This document shows positions 57,584 through 64,000 of a stretch of DNA of 64,000 bases, piece by piece. Source of the DNA: Dehalococcoidia bacterium (GTDB taxonomy: Bacteria; Chloroflexota; Dehalococcoidia; Bin125). Each line of letters starts with the position of its first letter. Within the stretch, counting starts at the first letter, position 1. The position numbers were made by a program, and so were the translations under genes. Location: contig DAOUKQ010000110.1 in NCBI GenBank assembly GCA_034421135.1, positions 1,104 to 65,103 of the forward strand, written 5' to 3'. The notes beneath the pieces were generated by a model. The model saw only the letters and a list, made by a program, of their open reading frames with translations. It was not told the DNA's origin and searched no databases.

Positions 57584-57601
57584 GCGGAATCTGCGACGGC
57601 A

Positions 57602-58771
57602 ATGTCCGACCCGATCTCGCTCCGCTATGGCATCAATCCCCACCAGCAACCGGCCTCTGCGTCGGCGATTGAGCAGTGGCCGTTCAAGGTGCTCAACGGG
57701 CAACCTGGTTACATCAACCTGCTCGACGCGATGAGCGCCTGGAATCTCGTTCGCGAGTTGCGCGCCACCTTAGGCGAGCCAGCCGGTGCGTCCTACAAGC
57801 ATGTCTCTCCCGCTGGAGCAGCCATCGGATTGCCGCTCTCCGAGCGGCTCACCCGCGCGTACGAGGTCGAACATCTGGAGCTGTCGCCGGTGGCGGCCGC
57901 TTACGTGCGAGCTCGCGGCGGCGATCTGGTCAGCGCCTATGGCGACTTCGCCGCTGTCTCCGATCCGGTCGATGAATCGCTGGCCCGCTTCCTCCGCCGT
58001 GAAGTCTCGGACGGCATCATCGCACCCGGATACGAACCCGCCGCGCTGGACATCCTGAAGCGAAAGAAGGGCGGTCGCTACCTGGTGCTCCAAGCCGATC
58101 CCGACCTGGAACTGCCCGCGCTCGAATCCCGCGACCACTTCGGATTGCAGCTCGACCAGCCGGTTGATCGCAAACCGATCGACGAGACGTTCTTCGACAA
58201 TCCGGTCACCGATCTCAGCAATTTCCCCAATGACGTGCGCCGCGACCTGTTGATCGCGACGATCGCGCTTCGCTATACGCAGTCGAACTCGGTCTGTCTC
58301 GCTGCCGAGGGACAGGTGATTGGTCTCGGCGCGGGTCAACAGTCGAGGATTCACTGCTCGCGGCTGGCCTGCGGCAAGGCCGACCGCTGGATGCTGCAAC
58401 AGCACGATCGCGTGCTGGGTCTCGAGTTTGACGCATCGCTCAAGCGTCCCGACCGCTTTGCCGGCCGGGAGCAATACATCGCCTGGAGCGAGTTATCCGA
58501 GCCCGAACGGGCGCGGCTGCAATCGCAGATCACGAACTGGTCGGGACCGCTGAGCGACGGCGAACGGCGCGAGTGGATCGCGAGCTTCCGCACGGTGCTC
58601 AGCCATGATGCCTTCATGCCGTTCCGCGACAACGTCGACCGCGCTCAGGCCTCGGCGGTGACGCACATCCTACAGCCCGGAGGCTCGATCGCCGACACAG
58701 ACACGATCGCCGCTTGCAACGAGTACGGGATCGCGATGGCCTTGACCGGACAACGACTGTTTCGACACTGA
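57602..58771 (+). CDS. AICAR transformylase-domain protein (PurH-like, lacking IMP cyclohydrolase domain)
   Basis: N-terminal …LRYGINPHQQPA… resembles the AICARFT (Y-G-x-N-P-H-Q) signature. It has the length of the C-terminal PurH domain only. Confidence 0.7.
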   Translation: MSDPISLRYGINPHQQPASASAIEQWPFKVLNGQPGYINLLDAMSAWNLVRELRATLGEPAGASYKHVSPAGAAIGLPLSERLTRAYEVEHLELSPVAAAYVRARGGDLVSAYGDFAAVSDPVDESLARFLRREVSDGIIAPGYEPAALDILKRKKGGRYLVLQADPDLELPALESRDHFGLQLDQPVDRKPIDETFFDNPVTDLSNFPNDVRRDLLIATIALRYTQSNSVCLAAEGQVIGLGAGQQSRIHCSRLACGKADRWMLQQHDRVLGLEFDASLKRPDRFAGREQYIAWSELSEPERARLQSQITNWSGPLSDGERREWIASFRTVLSHDAFMPFRDNVDRAQASAVTHILQPGGSIADTDTIAACNEYGIAMALTGQRLFRH

Positions 58772-58802
58772 TTCGCACGTGGATCGGTTGTAGGCTCAGG
58801 CC

Positions 58803-60446
<1,644 letters not shown>

Positions 60447-60598
60447 CATTTGGTTGCCTCATGTGAGGCCGCTTGTGCATATTGGCAGGCCCAATCCCTG
60501 TAGCGCTAACATGCGCAGTGGACACTGTGGGTCGCTGCTGTGCGGAACTGTGCTGTCGATGCCGGTGCGAGGGCAAGGCCCAGGGGAGTTGCGGGGAG

Positions 60599-60823
60599 AT
60601 GGCGAACGGCGATCTCGGCGTGGTGCAGGGCGGTTTTCCTCGCTGCGCGCAATGCGAAAAGGGAGTGTTGGTGCCACTCTCCGACTTTGGCGGACAAGGA
60701 GCCGCGGTGCACTTCAAGGCCTGGGTCTGCACCGACCCGAAGTGCCTGTTCAACCTGAAGATCCGAAACGGCGATGTCTATCTGAACGAACCGATCTACG
60801 ACGGTCGCGACGATCGGCGCTAA
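60599..60823 (+). CDS. small zinc-ribbon-like hypothetical protein
   Basis: 74 aa from ATG with a GGGGAG RBS. Cys pairs CAQCEKG…CTDPKC. Confidence 0.45.
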   Translation: MANGDLGVVQGGFPRCAQCEKGVLVPLSDFGGQGAAVHFKAWVCTDPKCLFNLKIRNGDVYLNEPIYDGRDDRR

Positions 60824-60865
60824 CTCGATCAGTTGCGCGGTATTCCCGTCCGATCTTCTCCTGGC

Positions 60866-61025
60866 CGGAGACCTGTGCGCATATCGATGGAGCTAACTCC
60901 CTCTCCCTCTGGGAGAGGGCTGGGGTGAGGGTCCGGCGAGATGTGCCGATCTGCTGGTGATCGTTCTTGTTGGCGCAGAGGGCCCTCACCCTAACCCTCT
61001 CCCGCAGGGAGAGGGAACCCAAAGG
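60866..61025. repeat. MITE-like nested-palindrome repeat (copy F)
   Basis: ggagacctgtgcgc…ccctctccctctgggagagggctggggtgagggtccggcg…ggccctcaccctaaccctctcccgcagggagaggg. Inverted orientation relative to A/E. Confidence 0.55.
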
Positions 61026-61084
61026 CCATCACCGAAAATCCTCCAGAAGAGGGTCCATTGACCACCTGGACTTGGAATGCACCA

Positions 61085-62224
61085 ATGAAGATCTCCCGCG
61101 TCGATAGCTATCCGATCATGACGTGGCGACCGCACCTGTTTGTCGCGGTGACGACCGATGACGGGACGGTTGGCGTTGGCGAATCGGGACTGACCTGGCA
61201 GGAGCGCGCCGTAGTTGCATCCGTCGAGCGATTCTCCGAGTTGCTGATCGGCGAGGACCCGATGCGCACCGAGCATCTCTGGCAACTCATGGCTCGGGCA
61301 TCCTTCTTCCCCGCCGACCTGGTCAACTCGGCCGCGATCTCGGCAATCGACCTCGCGCTCTGGGACCTCAAGGGCAAGCTGCTGGGACAGCCGGTCTACA
61401 ACCTGATCGGCGGCCTGGTCCGCGAGCGGATGCAGTGCTACCCGCACAACGAGGGCGAGGACGACCCGGCGAATCTGATCGACGACATCGAGCAGACCGT
61501 CGCAGCCGGTTGGCGCTTCGCTCGCTGGGGATTCAGCGGGACGTCGGGTGACGCGTTCGATCCCTCGGACGCAGTGCGCCAGTCGATCCGCGCCATTGAG
61601 GCCGTGCGCTCCCACTTCGGCGCCGAGCTTGAGCTCTGCGTCGATGTCCACACCCGGATCGATCTGCCCGACGCCGTCCGATATTGCCGAGCGGTTGAGG
61701 ATGTGCAGCCGTTTTTCATAGAGGACGCGCTCCGGTCGGAGCGGCCGGAAACCTATCGCCGTTTGCGTGATCGCACCGCGGTCCCGCTGGCGGCGGGCGA
61801 GCAGTGGCATGGCAAGTGGGGATTTGCCGTAGCGATTGAGGAAGAGCTGGTCGACTACGCCCGAATCGATCTCTGTCTCGTCGGTGGTCTCACGGAAGCG
61901 CTCAAGATCGCGCGTTGGGCCGAGACGCATCACATCCAGATCGCCCCGCACAATCCGCTCGGCCCCGTATCCTCGGCTGCGGGAGCGCACTTGACCCTGG
62001 CATCGGCGAACGCCGGGGTGCTGGAGATGGCTCGTGAGCCGGGATCGGTCCTGGAGGACGTGTTCCCCCAACAGACGCCATTCGATCGAGGCCACGCGCT
62101 ACCGACCGATCAGCCGGGCTGGGGCATCACATTCGACCCGCAGGCTGCGTCGGAGTATCCAGAACCGCCCATTGGATTCGCGCCGATGCTCACGCGCCGC
62201 GACGGCGCATTCAACAACTGGTAG
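61085..62224 (+). CDS. enolase-superfamily enzyme (mandelate racemase/muconate-lactonizing enzyme family, sugar-acid dehydratase-like)
   Basis: Trimmed to MKISRVDSYPI…. …AISAIDLALWDLKGK… is the MR_MLE N-domain. The C-terminal barrel has the expected acidic ligands. Confidence 0.85.
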   Translation: MKISRVDSYPIMTWRPHLFVAVTTDDGTVGVGESGLTWQERAVVASVERFSELLIGEDPMRTEHLWQLMARASFFPADLVNSAAISAIDLALWDLKGKLLGQPVYNLIGGLVRERMQCYPHNEGEDDPANLIDDIEQTVAAGWRFARWGFSGTSGDAFDPSDAVRQSIRAIEAVRSHFGAELELCVDVHTRIDLPDAVRYCRAVEDVQPFFIEDALRSERPETYRRLRDRTAVPLAAGEQWHGKWGFAVAIEEELVDYARIDLCLVGGLTEALKIARWAETHHIQIAPHNPLGPVSSAAGAHLTLASANAGVLEMAREPGSVLEDVFPQQTPFDRGHALPTDQPGWGITFDPQAASEYPEPPIGFAPMLTRRDGAFNNW

Positions 62225-62238
62225 TAAGCTAAATCCAT

Positions 62239-62315
<77 letters not shown>

Positions 62316-62377
62316 GCACACATTCCTATCTCTCCGACTGGACAGTCCGTATCCGGCTTGATATCCCCTTTTGTCTC

Positions 62378-62563
62378 GGGAGACATGCGCGTACATCGCT
62401 GGGGTCTTACTCCCTCTCCCTCTGGGAGAGGGCTGGGGTGAGGGTCCGGCGGCCTCTGCCTATCTGGTCATTGTCACTCATCGGGGCCGCCGAAGGCCCT
62501 CATCCCCGCCTTCGCGGGGGCAGACTCTAACCCTTTCCCGCCGGGAGAGGGGATCAGGGTCCG
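62378..62563. repeat. MITE-like nested-palindrome repeat (copy G)
   Basis: gggagacatgcgcgtacatcgc…ccctctccctctgggagagggctggggtgagggtccggcgg…ctatctggtcattgtcactcatc… is the reverse complement of the copy A/E core. It sits 60 nt downstream of tRNA-Pro. Confidence 0.6.
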
Positions 62564-62589
62564 TGCGGGAGTGTCCTGGTCCTTGCGCG

Positions 62590-63909
62590 CTATGCGTCCC
62601 CGCCGAGCGGTAGCCGCGCCTGAAGCGGCTGTTGCACCCGCGATGCGACAACGAAGATGACCGCCGACACCGCCGCGCAGATGCCGTAGAGCAGGAGCGC
62701 GTCGTCGTAGCTGCCCGTGTTGTCGAAGATGCTGCCGGCGACGATCGGCGAGAAGAAGATCGCGATCGTCTCGAACATGAAACCGGTGCCGAGAATGGTG
62801 GCGAAGTTGGCGAGCCCGAAGGCGCGGGAGATCATCAGCGCCTCGAGCGGTGGCACCGTCGCGAATCCCAGCACGTAGAGCACCACGTGCAGCGCGGTAC
62901 CGCCGTCGCTGCCGCCGATCAGGTAGAGCGTCAGCATCGATCCCGCGACGAATAGCGATCCGACAGCCGCGATCCGTTCCGGCCGGCGGATGCGCTCGAG
63001 CTGCGATCCGGCTGCCAGCAGCCAGATCACGGCGCCGCCGGCGGTGATTGAGACGATCAGCGCAGCGCGGGAGTCGCTATAGCCGACCGACTGGTAGTAC
63101 GGGTGGGCCTGCGACAACCAGCCGAAGACGACGAAGAAGATCGCCATCAGGCCGAACACGAGGAGCCAGAACAGCTTGGTCCGCACGGCCTCCCGCACGG
63201 TCAGACCTGAGAACGACACTTCGGGCGGCGTGTCCAGGGCTGCGTCGGCCTCGACGGCTGCCGGGAATGCGTGAGCCCGTTCGCCGCCCGGCGGCGGTTG
63301 ATCGCGGACCAGCACGAACGCCACAGCGTAAGCGCCCACGATCATGATGCCGGAGTAGATGAAGGCGTCCTCCCGGCCGAGCCGGGAGATGAGCAACTGG
63401 ACCAGCGGCAGCATGATCAGCTGGCCCATCCAGACCGACGCGCCGATCAGGCTGGTCGCGACGGCGCGGTGATGATCGAACCAGCGCACGGCGAGCGCCT
63501 GGGCAGGGATGTAGGCGATGCAGCCCAGCGCGATCGCGCTGACGCCCATGTAGACGTACCACTGCCAGAGCTCGGTCATGAACGCGAGCAACACGAACGC
63601 GACACAGCACAGCGGCGCGCCGATCAGCATCAGCCGGCGCGGACCGACGACGTCGATCAATCGTCCAATCAGCGGCGCGGTCGCGCCCACCACGCCGACC
63701 GTGACCGAGAATCCCAGCGAGACTTGCGCCCTCGACCAGCCGAAGTGATCCTCGAGCGGCAAGACGTAGGCGCCGAAGGAGCCGAACGTGACGCCCTCGG
63801 CGACGACCATCGCCACGACCATCCCGAACAGCACCCACCAGCCGTAGTACAGCCTGCCCAGCCGCCCCCGCTTTCCACGCCGCCCAACTGCAGTCGCTTC
63901 AACAGCCAT
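62590..63909 (-). CDS. MFS transporter
   Basis: 439 aa with about 12 predicted TM helices and a basic N-terminus (MAVEATAVGRRGKRGRL…). Typical MFS topology. Confidence 0.85.
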   Translation of the reverse strand: MAVEATAVGRRGKRGRLGRLYYGWWVLFGMVVAMVVAEGVTFGSFGAYVLPLEDHFGWSRAQVSLGFSVTVGVVGATAPLIGRLIDVVGPRRLMLIGAPLCCVAFVLLAFMTELWQWYVYMGVSAIALGCIAYIPAQALAVRWFDHHRAVATSLIGASVWMGQLIMLPLVQLLISRLGREDAFIYSGIMIVGAYAVAFVLVRDQPPPGGERAHAFPAAVEADAALDTPPEVSFSGLTVREAVRTKLFWLLVFGLMAIFFVVFGWLSQAHPYYQSVGYSDSRAALIVSITAGGAVIWLLAAGSQLERIRRPERIAAVGSLFVAGSMLTLYLIGGSDGGTALHVVLYVLGFATVPPLEALMISRAFGLANFATILGTGFMFETIAIFFSPIVAGSIFDNTGSYDDALLLYGICAAVSAVIFVVASRVQQPLQARLPLGGDA

Positions 63910-64000
63910 GACCCGCAGGCTACCGCGACACCACTCTGCGCCGCTGGATCGAACGAGCGACCCTTCCCGGGGCTGGTATCCGCGATCCGCCGGATGGCAA

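Overview
This is a 64 kb, high-GC (roughly 65-70%) chromosomal segment dominated by catabolic and redox metabolism. It carries six family-III (CaiB/BaiF) CoA-transferase domains in five genes (two tandem pairs and one fused double-domain gene). It also has four SDR reductases (three in tandem), two LLM-type flavin/F420 oxidoreductases, two enoyl-CoA hydratases, an acyl-CoA dehydrogenase, an acetyl-CoA hydrolase/transferase, a Zn-ADH, katG, pepN, a NuoE-NuoF fusion, agmatinase, threonine dehydratase, a citramalate/IPM synthase, an enolase-superfamily enzyme, an AICARFT-only PurH-like protein and several alpha/beta hydrolases. The gene content (F420/PPOX, DinB, Uma2/DUF820 nucleases, many CaiB paralogues) suggests a Chloroflexota/Thermomicrobia-like or actinobacterial genome; this is inference only. 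The accessory content is rich. There are five toxin-antitoxin modules: vapBC, higBA, parE with an atypical partner, and two paralogous PIN-plus-partner modules that bracket a caiB pair. There are three Uma2-family nuclease genes. There are several islands of lower GC: a secreted hypothetical protein, a 633-aa secreted HExxH protein with internal repeats, and a ~50% GC two-gene insert that encodes a DUF4365-like predicted nuclease translationally coupled to a 376-aa protein with no recognisable motifs. I rate that two-gene insert as the best candidate for an undescribed defence-type system. The window also holds a previously unannotated family of MITE-like nested-palindrome repeats in at least seven intergenic copies. 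Two of these pairs bracket genes, one of them enclosing the single tRNA-Pro(CGG) gene. A separate trio of REP-like hairpins lies upstream of katG, and a ~730 bp hairpin-rich gap with no credible ORF lies upstream of the Zn-ADH gene. No rRNA or CRISPR array was found.
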